A stretch of 64,000 nt of DNA, taken from positions 80,748,420 through 80,812,419 of the forward strand of contig NC_057711.1 of assembly GCF_004010195.1 (NCBI RefSeq), read 5' to 3'. The notes beneath the pieces were generated by a model, which worked only from the letters and a program-made list of their open reading frames with translations, was not told where the DNA came from and ran no database searches. This document shows positions 50,864 to 64,000 of this stretch, piece after piece. Numbering within the stretch: the first letter of the stretch is position 1; each line of letters begins with the position of its first letter. This DNA comes from Chiloscyllium plagiosum (Eukaryota). The translations under genes were made by a program, and so were the position numbers.

Positions 50864-53800
50864 CTGTGAAAACATAATAGCTGCTTTCAAACTAAAATTC
50901 CTTTCAATTTCCCTGTACAATTCTATGAATGTTTATGATACTAAACACAAATATATAGTATTTACAAAGTATCCAGTGACCTTAGCAATTTACCAATTGA
51001 AAGTATTAAAGAAGGATGTTTGTTTAAAATTGGAGATATTTCCTCCTCCTATTGAACCACCAAGACCACATTTTAAAATGTTTAAACTGCAACACATACT
51101 GCTCATGACAAAATACTCATGGGTAACAAGCATTTAACATTACTCATTAATTAAGATTTTACTACCTAAGCCCATAAAGTCTGACAGCTTATTTGCAGTA
51201 GCTTCTTGCCAAACACCAACTATTTAGGGGATTTTTCCATTTAGGTCTGTAGTTATATTGCCACTTTCCACTTCATAATAATGCAAACGTGGCGGTACAA
51301 GTTGAGAACCAGATGACTAATTAAAGTAGAAGTGATAGTCCCAGCGGTGGGATTTCAAATCAGACTTTCAATTTGCAGGTGTACAGCAAGGCATCAAATT
51401 GATGTACATAATGATGCAATGCCAACAGGACTGGAAGAACCAAATCTAAGTGGCAACATAACTTCAATCTGTTCACTTGGTGAGCATAAAAAAGACATAC
51501 TGAATCTCTGAACAGTGCATGTAATAATAACTGTAGCCAAAATGTCTTCCCTACAATAACAAAACACAATGTAAAAACTGCTTTATTAATGATCTGGTAT
51601 TAATTCAAAGTCCTGCTGCCTTCCAAGTGTGAGAAACTCCAAGTTTGCAGTATGAAATCTAGCCCCTTTGCCCTGGCAGCATACTCAAACTTAAAACAAA
51701 ACTGGGTTTATTAGTCAGCTCTAGAATAAGTAAGCCAAGTTTAGCTATATAAGCATCCCATGCTGCAGTCAGTCATTCAGCTCGAATTGAAGCATATCTA
51801 AAAAATAGTTTGGAGAATATAAAGATAGTGAAGAGAACTGTTTATATTAAAACCATCAAATTTTAATTTCATTTTGTCTATATTGGTCGAAGACATTTTA
51901 CATCTCTCCGTTGACATGGCAATTTGAATGGTTACATGCTTCAATTTAACACACCCAGTTCCCATCTGCACTCCATGCAACAATGAGCCATTTGAAGTAG
52001 TTGGTTGGATTAGCACATTCAAGGGGCAATTTACTCAGTGATGTGTTAAAGGGTGTGACCAATGTAGAATAAAACATGTGAAAACCACCCTAAATGCTCA
52101 GATAGCTGTTATTTCAGAAAATGAAAACAAAAGCATAATGTGGAGTCACATGACATTTACTCTATTTGGAATGCACGGAGTTCTTATTTCCCCTTTTGTT
52201 CCTTGACTTTACCGAGTCAGTAAATGTAATAGAAATTCATTAGTTGAAAAGAACAAGGTTCTCACGAACATGTGTGATACAAATTTTTAACTGCCAGACT
52301 CATGAAAGGCAATTAAAGCTTTCCCTTAACATATAAAGCTACCAGTACAATTTTCCAGCATAGCTAAAGATGATATAGAGTTACAAGCACAAGAAACAAG
52401 AATGCCCAACACCTCAAGCCTCATTTTGTCAACTTCAAAAGCCTTCCGCTTGCTTCAGCAAATCCTTCTCCGAGGCTAATGCTAAGCTGTCTATTATTGC
52501 TGGTCAGTCAAGCTAAAGAACAGTCAGAGGTCTCGCGTAAATTGTACAAAACCCCAATGAAATTTAATCCAGTGTAACCTCCCGTGTAACCTTTACTACT
52601 GGTTTCCAGCCAAAAGGCACAGTCTCCTGGAATCTTGACAACATTTCATTTCCACTGGTTAGTCTTCATATTGTGCCTTTAAAACTTAACTAGGCAATCA
52701 GTATGATATTGGTCATGAACTTCAACAGCCCAGAAAAATGTCTGTCCACCCTCCACACATAAACAAAAGGACAACTCATTTGAATTTAAACAACGCAAGT
52801 ACTGGCCTTTGTAGATTTCATGGAATTTACAGAGAATAATTGATGACTGGGAGCAATTACGTTGTACTAATCTAATTGAGGGGTTATAACTCTGCCCTTA
52901 ACCACAAGGTTGAAGCTTTAATGGTTTTGAACTGTCATCTGAATCAAATGATTACATTTCTGCTTTGAAATCATTCCAGGGCTTTTATTAAAAAAATTAC
53001 AGGGAGGTTTTGTTCAGTTTTTATTGTGTTGACAGCATCTGACTTGGTTGGCAGATATTGATTGCCAAAACATTCACCCTCACTGAAGCCTGATGATGCT
53101 TACTGAAAGATTAATATTTGTGACAATACGCTAGTGTGGAATAATATGCTGTTAAGAATTGGCAAGTTCTATAGCCAGTATTTATAGTTTACCAACTGGA
53201 GCTGAAAGAACTCTTTGGTAATAAACCCTGATGATAAAATTCTATAGACCATCTCAAGGGGCAACGGAAGAGGAAGTGTTGTGCCTAAATGCAAACTACA
53301 ATTATCCTAACCCCGAATGACCGCCCCTCCATTCCCAACATATTATAGGTTTTGAGCCTCAAAAAGTAGCAAAATAATTCATCTAGGGGAAACCTAAAGT
53401 GTGCTTTTGATGCAGCCCACAGATGCACCTTTTAACCATTTTTGTATATAGTTTATTAAGTGCTCTGGCATTTTATAGCACATTATGGCTTAGTACTTTA
53501 TGAAGGATGCTTTAGGCCTATTTTGTTAATGTAACAACTTTGACCTTAGGATTAACAAGATTTAAAGACCAGTTTGTAAAATTCCCTCCAGTCTATCAAA
53601 ATCATGCAGCTGTGACAGGTTTTGACTGCAACATCAACTTAATCTCCACGACCAGACATCTTCTCATTTCATGCTAGGTCAGAGTATTTTGGGGTAGGTC
53701 GAGCAATAATCCGATGGCATTAATTCCATTCATGATGTTAAATAGGCATAACTTCAAAATAATCACATAGCTCAGTGTCATTGAGCAAAGTACCACATAA

Positions 53801-54399
53801 AAGCCAGGCCATTATATTATATCGCTAATAACCTGACCAAAGTACTTAACTTGTTTTATTACTGAAAAGTGAGAAATGTTGCAGAAACTTTGCACTCATC
53901 CAAACGAATACAACAAAGTCCAATTTCAAATGTTTCTTCAACATATCAAAAATATACACTGGGCAGGAAGTTAAGGCTCATTCCATCAAAACAAGTTTCT
54001 TGTTGAAACCTATGAAAATATTAATGCAGTAAATGCGATCCTCTGGCTTTTTTTTAATGACTATGTACAAGAACCCATTCGCTGCAAACAGAAGGAACAC
54101 GTTTGAACCTTTTTTTAAAAAATCAGAAGCATGACAGACCTATAGTTCCCCATTGCTTTCTCTACTCTCCATTCAGAGTCAATTTACCTAAGAATCAACA
54201 TTTTTCTCCTGTACTGTAATTTGCTGTGATTGCTAGAAACTTGGTATTTGTCCTGACAAATGCAGTATGAAAAGATTCACCAACATGTCTCTTCAAAAAT
54301 ATTCATATTTTTAACTTATAATTAAAATCTTGCACTGTTATGAAAGACAATGAATATGTAAATTGTCTCCCTTTTTTCAGCATGTTATGGAAAGAAACT

Positions 54400-55040
54400 T
54401 CAGAGTAGTTCGGTGCAAAGGGATCTGGGTGTTCTTGTGCACCCAGATTCCTTTAGCAATAAAAATAGGGAAGTGTTGCTGCAAATGTACAAAGCATTAG
54501 TGAGATCACATACAGGTTTGGTCCCCTTACTTGAGAAAGGATGTAGTTGTATTGCAGGCAGTTCAAAGGAGGTTCACTAGATTGATTCCAGAGATATAGG
54601 ACTTGTCTTATGAAGAGAGATTCAGCAGCTTAGGCCTATACTCTCTGGAGTTTACAGGAATGAGAGTAAATTCAGTTGAAGTATATAAGATGCTAAAGGG
54701 GATTGACAAAATAGATGTGGAAAGGATGTTTCCTCATGTGGGACAATGTAAACGGAGAAGTCAAAGTTTTAGAATAACGGGCAGCAGATTTAAAACAGAT
54801 GAGAAAAATAATTTATTTCAAAGGGTTGTGAACCTGTGGAATTCACTTCCCAAGAGTGTGGTGGATGCTGGAACACTGAATAAATTTGAGGAGATAGACG
54901 GATTTTAAATTAGTAATGGGTTGAGAAGCATGGACAGCGGGCAGTAGAATTGAGGCTGAGATGTGATCAGCCATCATCATATTGAATGGCAGAACAGATT
55001 TGAAGGGCTGAATTGCCTACTCCTGCTTCTAGTTCTTATG
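54400..55040 (+). mobile_element. CR1 LINE 3' end
   Basis: SYEERFSSLGLYSLE...QRVVNLWNSLP. Confidence 0.85.
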
Positions 55041-55269
55041 CTCTAATGCTGTATTCTCTAATGGCATCATTACTTCTCAGTCTCTGCATGGCCTCTAATA
55101 TGTCATGATGCATGTTAATATTGGATGAGCAGAAATTTTCTTCAGTTAGAATAGGAGGCAAACTAAAGCCGTAATTTTCAGTCCCCAGCACAAACACAAA
55201 CCCAGTCTCTTCTTGGTTACTGTCAGAGACCAAAACTGAAGTGGGTGCCCCAATCCAAACTCATATCCC

Positions 55270-55870
55270 CACCTTTGTGAAGACAGCCTCCTTGCACTTC
55301 TAAGATTGCCCATTTCTGGTCCTGTGTCAGCTCATCTCAAGCTAATACTCTACTCCATGTCACTGTTACCTTCAAACTCAACTATTAAATGCTGTCATGG
55401 CCAGTCTTCCACTGTTCACTCTTCAATGAGGTTGAGCTCATCCAAGATAATGCTGTCCACAGTCTAACCTGCATCAAGTCACATTCAACTATCAGCCTTG
55501 TTGCTTGCTAACCTACATCGGCTCCTACAATTTTCATCCTCAAGTTCCCATCAGCGCCTCTCCCTTCTCTCACAACAATTCCCACAACTCTCCTAGATCC
55601 ATATACCCTTCCAGATCACGTATGTGTACCCCAGTGTTCACTGCTCCACCTTTGCTGTCTAAGCCTCCACTGTTTATACATCTAACCTTGGGATTGTCTT
55701 ATTACACCTCTCCACTTTGAAGTTGTTCACAAAAGAATCCCTCTGTCTTTGACCTGGCCTTTGGCACCTGTCTTAATATTTCTTTATGTGGTTCACTGTA
55801 AAATCTCAATCACATTCCTGCAAACAGCTTTGGAATGTCTTCTTTTGCTAAATTTACTACTTAAATGCAG
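55270..55870 (+). mobile_element. Decayed L2-like LINE 3' fragment
   Basis: Remnant of the LDY...ELIQ..A...L...LH.L pattern. Confidence 0.5.
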
Positions 55871-57349
55871 ATTGTTTTTCTTAATCTAGATTTCCAACCT
55901 GGGTTTTAAACTAAATTTTTTTCTCTCAGCAGTACGAGATGCTTTTACCATTCAAAAGGTTACTATGTCAACAGTTTGCACCAGAACAAACATGTAGGAC
56001 AATGAAGCTGATATGGTTTATCACAATATGTGGGGGGAACAAAATGTACATTCTTCTGAATAGCTCACATAACTGACTGGAACACCTATCCTGCTGCTCA
56101 AATACAAAGCATGTTTTTCTAGCTCTACATAACTCCAGTGCAAAAACTAACTGTACCCACCTCATCCACAGCATTTGCTCATATTTTCTTGAAGGCACAG
56201 ATTCACACTAGGACTAGGACTATACAAACACCAGCTATCATTGAGGGCTTGCCCTCAAGTAAGGCAGTGGAGTATCAATAAGCTTTCCCACCATGGGAAG
56301 TATCAAACTGAATCTGATGTTTCTGTCAAATAAGCTACAAATGCACCTTGTCATCACATGCCTTTTCAGATAGCCAACTATAAATTTAGTACTTCTGTAA
56401 TTTGAGAAATTCCCGAGACTATATTCCAGCTTCCATTGTTTACACTGTTAAGACAGGTCTCCCAATCTCAATGCACAAGTATCAGTCCCTGAAACCCAAC
56501 CACAAAAATCCTAAATGCAGACACCATAAATGAACTAGCCTGTGATTTTTGTCCTATTTTCCCACCTCTTCTAATAGCCCAAAGGCTAGTAGTGAATGCT
56601 TCTATATTTCTACCAACTGACATAAGCTCACGTGGAACTGACCAAGGATCAAATTGTCAACCATTCCCAAGCACACCAAAGTAATTCAGTTTTGTCAGCT
56701 CAACCAAATGGATAATATTACTTCCCCAAATCCAAGTGAGAAGGTGGAGGTTCAGCATTATAACCCAAGTAGACATTTCAATGTTGTAGATTCGGAACGG
56801 TACTTTGTAAAGAGTGAATCAACTGAAGCTTCATCTGCAGATCCATGGCACCATTCATAGTTTAGCCAATTCTCCTAGTACTCTGATCAACAATTCCCAC
56901 TCAACCAGTTATTACTACTACTCCAGTGTTAACTGTTCCAAATGTGCTAAGGGCTCTCCTCTTTCTCCCTCTTTAGCCAAACCAATGTCAGGATCAATAT
57001 TCTTGCAAAGCTGCTGGCTTTGCAGCACTGTCGACATAGAACTTGAGATAAACAAATGATTGTACAAAAAAAAAATAAAATCTTGTGCTTGTGCACCTTT
57101 CCCACACCTCAGTGAGGAGAACATAAAACTTTGCTGCACTGAGATCTCATTAGCAGACGTACATAAGCAACAATAGCTAAATTTCACAATTTGTAGTCAA
57201 ACCCATGTAACTGTCCTTTGGTCTCTATGAAGAATGAGGTATTACATTTGTATTAGTTAATAACTTTTATTTTGTACACCTTGGTCAGTGTATGCCTCTC
57301 TCAAGTAAGATCCAAGAAAACAGAACCTAAATTTCTACACAACATTTGA

Positions 57350-58960
57350 TTGTAGAAAATAAGAGGTTGGGGTAGAGAGTAATAGATGGATGATGAAAGA
57401 AGATTGGCCAGTTAACATGAGACAGAGAGTAGGCACAAGTGGATCGTTTTCTGGTTGGCATGATGTAATGTAGCATACCACAGGGATCAATGCTAGAGCC
57501 TCAATTTTTTACAATTTATATGAATGAATTGGGTAAAGAGACCGAACGTTTGGTAGCTACATTTGCTGAGAACACAAAGAGAGGTAGGGAAATAAGTTGT
57601 AAAGTGGACATAAGGGGCCAACAAATGGATATAGCTAAGTTTAATAAGTGGATAAATATCTAGCAACTGTAGTATGTGGGAAAATTTGTTAATTTGACTG
57701 GGAAGAATAAAATTAAAGGATATTATCTAAATGGTGAGAGATTGCAGAGCTCTAAAATACAGAGGGATCTGTACATCCAAGCGGATGAATTATAAAAGCT
57801 TAGTATGCAGATAAAGCAAGTAATTAGGAAAAGTAATAGAATATGATTGATTATGGAAATAGAAACTGAACATAAAATTAATAAGGTAAAAACAATGACT
57901 TCAGATGCTGGAAACCAGATTTTGGATTAGTGGTGCTGGAAGAGCACAGCAGTTCAGGCAGCATCCAAGGAGCATCAAAATCGACGTTTTGGGCAAAAGC
58001 CCTTCATCAGGAATAAAGGCAGAGAGCCTGAAGCGGAGAGAGATAAGCTAGAGGAGGGTGGGAGTGGGGAGAAAGTAGCATGGAGTACAATAGGTGAATG
58101 GGGGAGGGACAGTGCTGAGCTGGAAGTTTGGAACTAGGGTGAGGTGGGGGAAGGGGAAATGAGGAAACTGTTGAAGTCCACATTGATGCCCTGGGGTTGA
58201 AGTATTCCGAGGTGGAAGATGAGGCGTTCTTCCTCCAGGCGTCTGGTGGTGCAGGAGCAGCGGTGAAGGAGGCCCAGGACCTCCATGTCCTCGGCAGAGT
58301 GGGAGGGGGAGTTGAAATGTTGGGCCGATTTTGCTGCTCCTCGGATGCTGCCTGAACTGCTGTGCTCTTCCAGCACCACTAATCCAAAAATAAAATTAAT
58401 AAGGTTGTGTTTCAGCTGGACAGGATACTGGTTAGATGGGATCTTAAATACATTGAACTGGATTGTTCTCCTTACAATAATAGATGTAAATGTTACGAAA
58501 GCAGTTCAGAGAAGGTGTAGTAGACTAATACCTGGAATGGACAGGTTGCTTTAAGAGAAAAGGGTTTGACAGCTTGGCTTGTATCCACTGGAGTTTAGAA
58601 GTGCAAAAGGTGACTCACCTGAATCATGTAAGGTTCTGTGGCATCTTCACAGGGTTGATGCGGAAAAGATATTTCCTTTTGTGGAAGATTCAAAAACTAG
58701 AAGCTACTGTTTATTAACCTAGTGCAATTAGAGATTGGGTTAAACGTTTCTCTCAGAGGATCATGAGTCTTTAGAACCCTCTTCCTGATAAGGCAATGGA
58801 AGAAGTCTTTGAATCTTTTTAAAACAGTTGGAGGTAGATTTTTACAAACGATGGGGTGAATGGCAATTGTGGGTAAGTGGAAATTGGAGTCATCAGATCA
58901 CCCACACCTTATTGAATAACAGAACTGACTGGAATGGCCAAGTAGCCTACTCCTGCTCTG
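57350..58960 (+). mobile_element. Old CR1 LINE hosting the Penelope-like insertion
   Basis: PQGSML...FAENTK...AVQRR motifs on either side of the 57888-58389 insertion. Confidence 0.75.
57888..58389 (-). mobile_element. Penelope-like element (family A): GIY-YIG C-terminus plus terminal repeat, with inverted 63-bp arm
   Basis: HFNSPSHS..D..VLGL...RRLEEERLIFHLGILQPQGINVDF is a GIY-YIG C-terminal signature; 16-bp TSD ataaaattaataaggt 57872-57887/58390-58405. Confidence 0.85.
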
Positions 58961-59506
58961 TACGTTCAAAGAAAGGTGGCCTGCTTTATCAGCAGATCGG
59001 TTTATGAAATTATGATCAATAGTGCACAACAGTGCCATGTGAGATTACCAACACAGATCAGTTGGTAAAAATTAGTTTAATTTTTGAGCTTGACACCAAC
59101 TCTCAATTATATTCACAAGATATCTTAGAGACAGCAGAAAATAATTTTTTTCACAGCATCAGTTGGATTGGTTTCAAACATAGGCCTCAAGTGAACTATT
59201 CAAATTATCACTGTTCTACACAGTTCCAATGGTGAAAGATTGACTTGAAACTGAAGTGAAACCAGTTACTTAGTTACAGCTAAAGCAAACTTCTGAACCA
59301 AATCCCCAAAATACATGCATCCTTCGTCACTCCATGCAGTGAGTATTCATAATATGCACATTTTAAAATAACATCTAGTTTCCAGTAAGTCAATGCATTG
59401 ACACTGAACAATAACTTTGCTGGGGCATGATATCTAATGGTAATTGTATGAATTGGATCTGCTGTTACAAGTTACTGAAAGCAAGAGTAATAATGCCACT
59501 GAGTGG

Positions 59507-59879
59507 CCTAGGAACCCTCCAACCACACGGGATGAATGTAGATTTCTCCAGCTTCCTCATTTCCCCTCCCCCCACCTTATCTCAGTCCCAACCCCCGGAT
59601 TCAGCACTGCCCTCTTGACCTGCAATCTTCTTCATGACCTCTCCGGCCTATCACCCTCACCTCCTTCCACCTATCATATTCCCAGCACCCCTTCCCCAAA
59701 TTCCCTCCCCCCTACCTTTTATCTCAGCCCGCTTAGCACACCAGCCTCATTCCTGAAGAAGGGCTTATGCCCGAAATGTCGATTCTCCTGCTCCTCGGAT
59801 GCTGCCTGACCTGCTGTGATTTTCCAGCATCACATGTTTCAACTCTATTCTCCAGCATCTGCAGTCCTCACTTTCTCCT
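59507..59879 (+). mobile_element. Penelope-like family A 3' fragment
   Basis: LGTLQPHGMNVDF; CTGAAGAAGGGCTTATGCCCGAAATGTC at 59753-59780. Confidence 0.78.
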
Positions 59880-60320
59880 GATCTGGTCCCATATCCCTCT
59901 AAACCCTTCCTATTCATATACCCATCCAGATGCCTTTTAAAACCAGTCTCCACCACTTCTTCTGGCAGCTCATTCCACACACGCACCATTTCCTCCATGA
60001 AAATGTTGGGTCCTTTTTATATCTTTCCCCTCTCACTGTAAACCTATGCTCTCTAGTTCTGGATTCACCCACCCCAGGAAAAGACTTTGTCTATTTATCC
60101 TATCCATGCCCCTCATGATTTTACAAACCTCTATAAGGTCACCCCTCAAGTTCAGACGCTCCAGGGAAAACAACCCCAGCCTATTCAGCCTCTCCCTATA
60201 GCTCAAACCCTCCAACTCTGGCAACATCCTTGTAAATCTTTTCCGAACCCTTTCAAGTTTCACAACATTCTTCCAATAGAAGGGACACTATAATTGCACA
60301 CAATATTCCAAAAGTGGCTA
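59880..60320 (-). mobile_element. CR1/HER1 fragment
   Basis: KLERVRKRFTRMLPELEGLSYRERLNRLGLFSLE. Confidence 0.88.
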
Positions 60321-61959
60321 GAATGAGAGAAAACCATGAAAAGAATAAATTGATAAATAACATGTTAAACATAAAATAAACATAAATCTTTGATTTTAAA
60401 AATCTCTGATACTTAAACCCGAAGGAATGAGTCTCTACATTTGCAAATGGCTAACTCTTAGTGCCAGAGGAGTTTTAATTACTTCCAGTTAAGCTACCAT
60501 TTATTTGTAAGTGTACTTGGACTGGAATAAATGAAGCTTAATAATATTCTGTGGTGAGTAGTTCATATGCAACTTCAAAAAACAGTCACCTCAAATTATT
60601 CAGTATGTTTCAAAAGTGAGACAGAGAACATAACACTCCTTCCATAAAGCTAACGCAGCTCAGTACACCTGGGACATCACCTTTTGAATCTAACTGTACA
60701 TCTGAGTGGCTATACCATTTGTACATAAATGAAGCCTCACAATCAGTTTGACAGCAAATTATGCTCCAATAAATAGCATACTGGTTCTGATAAATAAATT
60801 GATTTGCTAAATAGTCCAACATAAAACCATCACTGCATCAGCCATAACCTAACGGAGTAATCTAATTGAATACCAAACACTAACCAAGAGAAGACTGAAT
60901 AGAGCATATCTTACATTCCCCAGACTGGATCTAGATAAGCACACTCCTCTAATTTAGACAGAATGAAAAAAAAACGAGAATTGACCTCCTAAATCCTTCA
61001 TTTTTTTTCATATATTCCATGCTGCTTCAAGAAGCAACTGACTCCAAAAAAAAATGGTTTTTGGCTTATTCTACTCTTTTTTTAAAAAATGGTAGTTCTA
61101 CCATTTACGCCGAGCTTTCTCAATGGATGGCCCTTTGAGGCAAATACATCAAAATTATAATCTATCTTGCTTTTTACATTTTACTTGTGCATTATTTATG
61201 ATCATATAAAGTTTGAAAGAAATAAATGTCAAAACTTATTCCAAAAATTGATTCTGTTACGATGTGCCATCTGAAATGCCAAATGAATTAAATTAGGAAC
61301 AAAATTTGAAGATTTTTCAATTTTCTCCTGTTTGGTTTCTATTGCTTTTTTAAAGATGAATGCTTATGGCTGCAAAATTTCTCCCTTCAAAGCTTAAAAC
61401 TTGTACTGTATTACAAAATGCATAATCCTTATCCACACGATTGCAGAATCTAAAAGGCAAGACATTGCATATTGAAGTTCCAATCTTAGCCTTGCCTCAA
61501 AATGGTTAATGTACCATTTAGTTATTTCAAAAGCTCAACTTTTCTCAAACTGAGGGAACTGAGGAAGGGAGCCTTTGCTGGATGCCTCCAAATGCAGCAA
61601 GTTACACTGGTTCTATAATGTTGGGTCTTGCTATACCATGCATACAACTCTGCACCATACAAGGAATTGCTGTTTTGTAGCACATATCCACAATAAAAAT
61701 AACAAAATACAACAAGGACAATGTCATCAGATCAGGAGCACCAGCATTTGCACGTTTCCTCCAAGTCATACACCATCCTGATACAAAATCATATTATCAT
61801 TGCTTCGCTGTCATTAGTTCAAAATGCTGGAACTCCCTCCCTAACAGCACTGTGGGTCGACACACACTGCAAAGATTACAGTGATTCATGTACACCTTCT
61901 CAAGAACAATACATCTTGCCTGGTCAGTAATGCCCACATCCCATAAATGATATGAAAAA

Positions 61960-64000
61960 AATGCCACATGGCTCCAGGGATGGTGCAGAAGGGAGGATTT
62001 CGGACACCTGGATAACTGGGCCTTATTCTGGGGTAAATGGGACCTCTCCAAACAGGATGGTCTACACCTGAACCAGAGGAGTAACAATATCCTGGGGGGA
62101 TGGGGGGGGGAATATTTGCTAATGATCTTCGGGAGGGTTTAAACTAATTCAGCAGGGGGATAGGAACCTAAATTGTAGTTCTAGTGTCCAGGAGGTTGAG
62201 AGTAGGGAGGTCAGAAAGTCGCAACAGTTCATCAGCAAGCAGGAAGGTGGTTTGAAGTGTCAACTTCAACACTAGGAGCATCCAAAATAAGGTGGGTGAA
62301 CTTGCAGTATGGGTTGGTAGCTGGAACTTTTGCCATTTCAGAGACATGGATAGAGCAAGGACGAGAATGGTTGTTGCAAGTTCCGGGATTTAGATGTTTC
62401 AGTAAGAACAGAGAAAATGGTAAAAGAGGGGGTGGTGGGGCATTGTTAATCAAGCACAGTATTACAGTAGCAGAAAACACATTTGATGACTCATCCACTG
62501 AGGTAGTACGGGCTGAGGTTAGAAACAGGAAAGGAGAGGTCATCCTGTTGGGAGTTTTCTCTAGGCCTCCAAATAGTTCCAGAGATGTAGGGGAAAGGAT
62601 AGCAAAGATATTTCTGGAAAGGAGCAAGAGTTACAGGGTAGTTGTTATGGTGGACTTTAACTTTCCAAATATTGACTGGAAATACTATAGTTTGAGTACT
62701 TGAGATGAGTCAGTTTTTGTCCTGTGTGTATGTGGGAGGGTTTCCTGACATAATATTTAGACAGGCCAAGGGGCAAAGCCACATTGGATTTGGTACTGGG
62801 TAATGAACCTGGCCAGGTGTTAGATTTGGAGGTAGGTAAGCACTTTGGTCATAGTGACCACAATTCGGTTATGTTTACTTTAGTGATGGAATGGAATAGT
62901 ATATAACACAGGGCGAGAGTTATTGCTGGGCAAGAAACAATTATGATTCGAATAGGCAAGATTTAGGATGCATAGGATAAGGAAGGAAACTGCAGGGGAT
63001 GGGCACAATTAAAATATGGAGCTTAATCAAGGAACAGCTAGTGCATGGCCTTGATAAATATGTACCTGTCAAGCAAGAAGGAAGTAGTCAAGTGAAGGAG
63101 CTGTGGTTTAGTAAAGAAGTCAAATCTCTTCTCAAGAGGACAACGAAGGCTTCTGTTAGGATGACACGTGAAGGCTCAGTTAGGGCACTTGAGAGTTACA
63201 AGTTAGCCAAGAAAGACCTGAAGGGAGAGCTAAGAGGAGTCAGGAGGGGACGTGAGAAATCATTGGCAGGTAAGATCAAGGAAAACCCCTAAAGCTTACT
63301 ATAGATATATCAGGAATAAAAGAACAACTAGAGAAAGATTAGGTCCAATCAAGGATAATGATGGGAAGCTGTGCATGGAGTCCAAGGAGTTAGAGGAAGC
63401 GCTACATTTTTTTTTTGTCAGTATTCACACTAGAAAAAGATAACGTTGTCAAGGAGAATACGGAGATGCAGACTACTAGAATAGATGGGATTGAGGTTCA
63501 CAAGGAGGTGATGTTAGCAATTCTGAAAAGTATGAAAATAGTTAACTCCTCTGGGGTGGATAGAATTTATCCTAGAATTCTCTAGAAACCCAGGGAGTAG
63601 ATTGTAGAGTCTTTGGCTTTGATCTTTATGTCATCATTGTCTACAGGAATAGTGCCAGAAGACTGGAGGATAGCAAATGTTGTCCATTTGTTCAAGCAGG
63701 GTAATTATAGACCAGTGAGCCTTACTTCGGTTATGGGTAAAGAGTTGGAAAAGGTTACAAGAGCTAGGATTTACAATCATCTAGAGAGGAATAAGTTGAT
63801 CGGGGATAGTCAACATGGTTTTGTGAAGGGTAGGTCGTGCCTCACAAACCTTATTGAGTTCTTTGAAATGGTGACCAAACAGGTGGATGAGGGTAAAGCA
63901 GTTGATGTGGTGTATATGGATTTCAGTAAGGTGTTTGATAAGGTTCCCCATGGTAGACTATTGCACAAAATAGAAAGGCATGGGATTGAGGGTGATTTAG
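61960..64000 (+). mobile_element. CR1-clade LINE: end of ORF1 (esterase-like), ORF2 APE endonuclease and start of RT, disrupted; runs off the window
   Basis: DGLHLN (ORF1); AISETW, DFNFPNIDW, SDH (APE); YRPVSLTS, QHGFVKGRSCLTNL, YMDFSKVFDKVPH (RT); several stops and frameshifts. Confidence 0.92.

Noticed and set aside
53193..53201. Possible 9-nt microexon ttctttcag|CTCCAGTTG|gtaaac (minus strand)
   Set aside because: Weak donor, no homology support, expected by chance
61087..61106. 9-bp perfect hairpin aaatggtag-tt-ctaccattt
   Set aside because: Short and AT-rich; plausible by chance in 64 kb
50864..64000. The short upstream TLE1 exon (~exon 8) and GP/Q exons
   Set aside because: No convincing match found; probably beyond the window end
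61960..64000. Active LINE
   Set aside because: Multiple stops and frameshifts in ORF2

Overview
Vertebrate genomic DNA, almost certainly an elasmobranch (shark), judged from the HE1-type V-SINEs, CR1/HER1-type LINEs and Penelope-like elements. The window holds the 3' part of a Groucho/TLE co-repressor gene on the minus strand, best matching TLE1. Twelve coding exons, equivalent to human exons 9-20, lie between 50863 and 13064, all with GT-AG sites and consistent phase. They encode the CcN, SP and WD40 regions and are followed by a 3' UTR; the Q/GP exons were not found and probably lie beyond 64000. Most of the rest is decayed retroelements, and most ORFs in the supplied track are TE fragments or noise. 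The most notable observations are: (1) several Penelope-like families carrying covarying minimal hammerhead-ribozyme motifs; (2) insertions whose inverted segments begin at RNA 5' ends, one at the predicted hammerhead cleavage site and one a captured tRNA-Leu(AAG) inside the same target-site duplication (TSD); (3) a filled and an empty insertion site side by side; (4) a ~300-bp intronic inverted duplication; (5) a candidate truncating cassette exon. Exon numbers, paralog comparisons and repeat family names come from recalled sequences, not from searches, and repeat boundaries are approximate unless TSDs are given.
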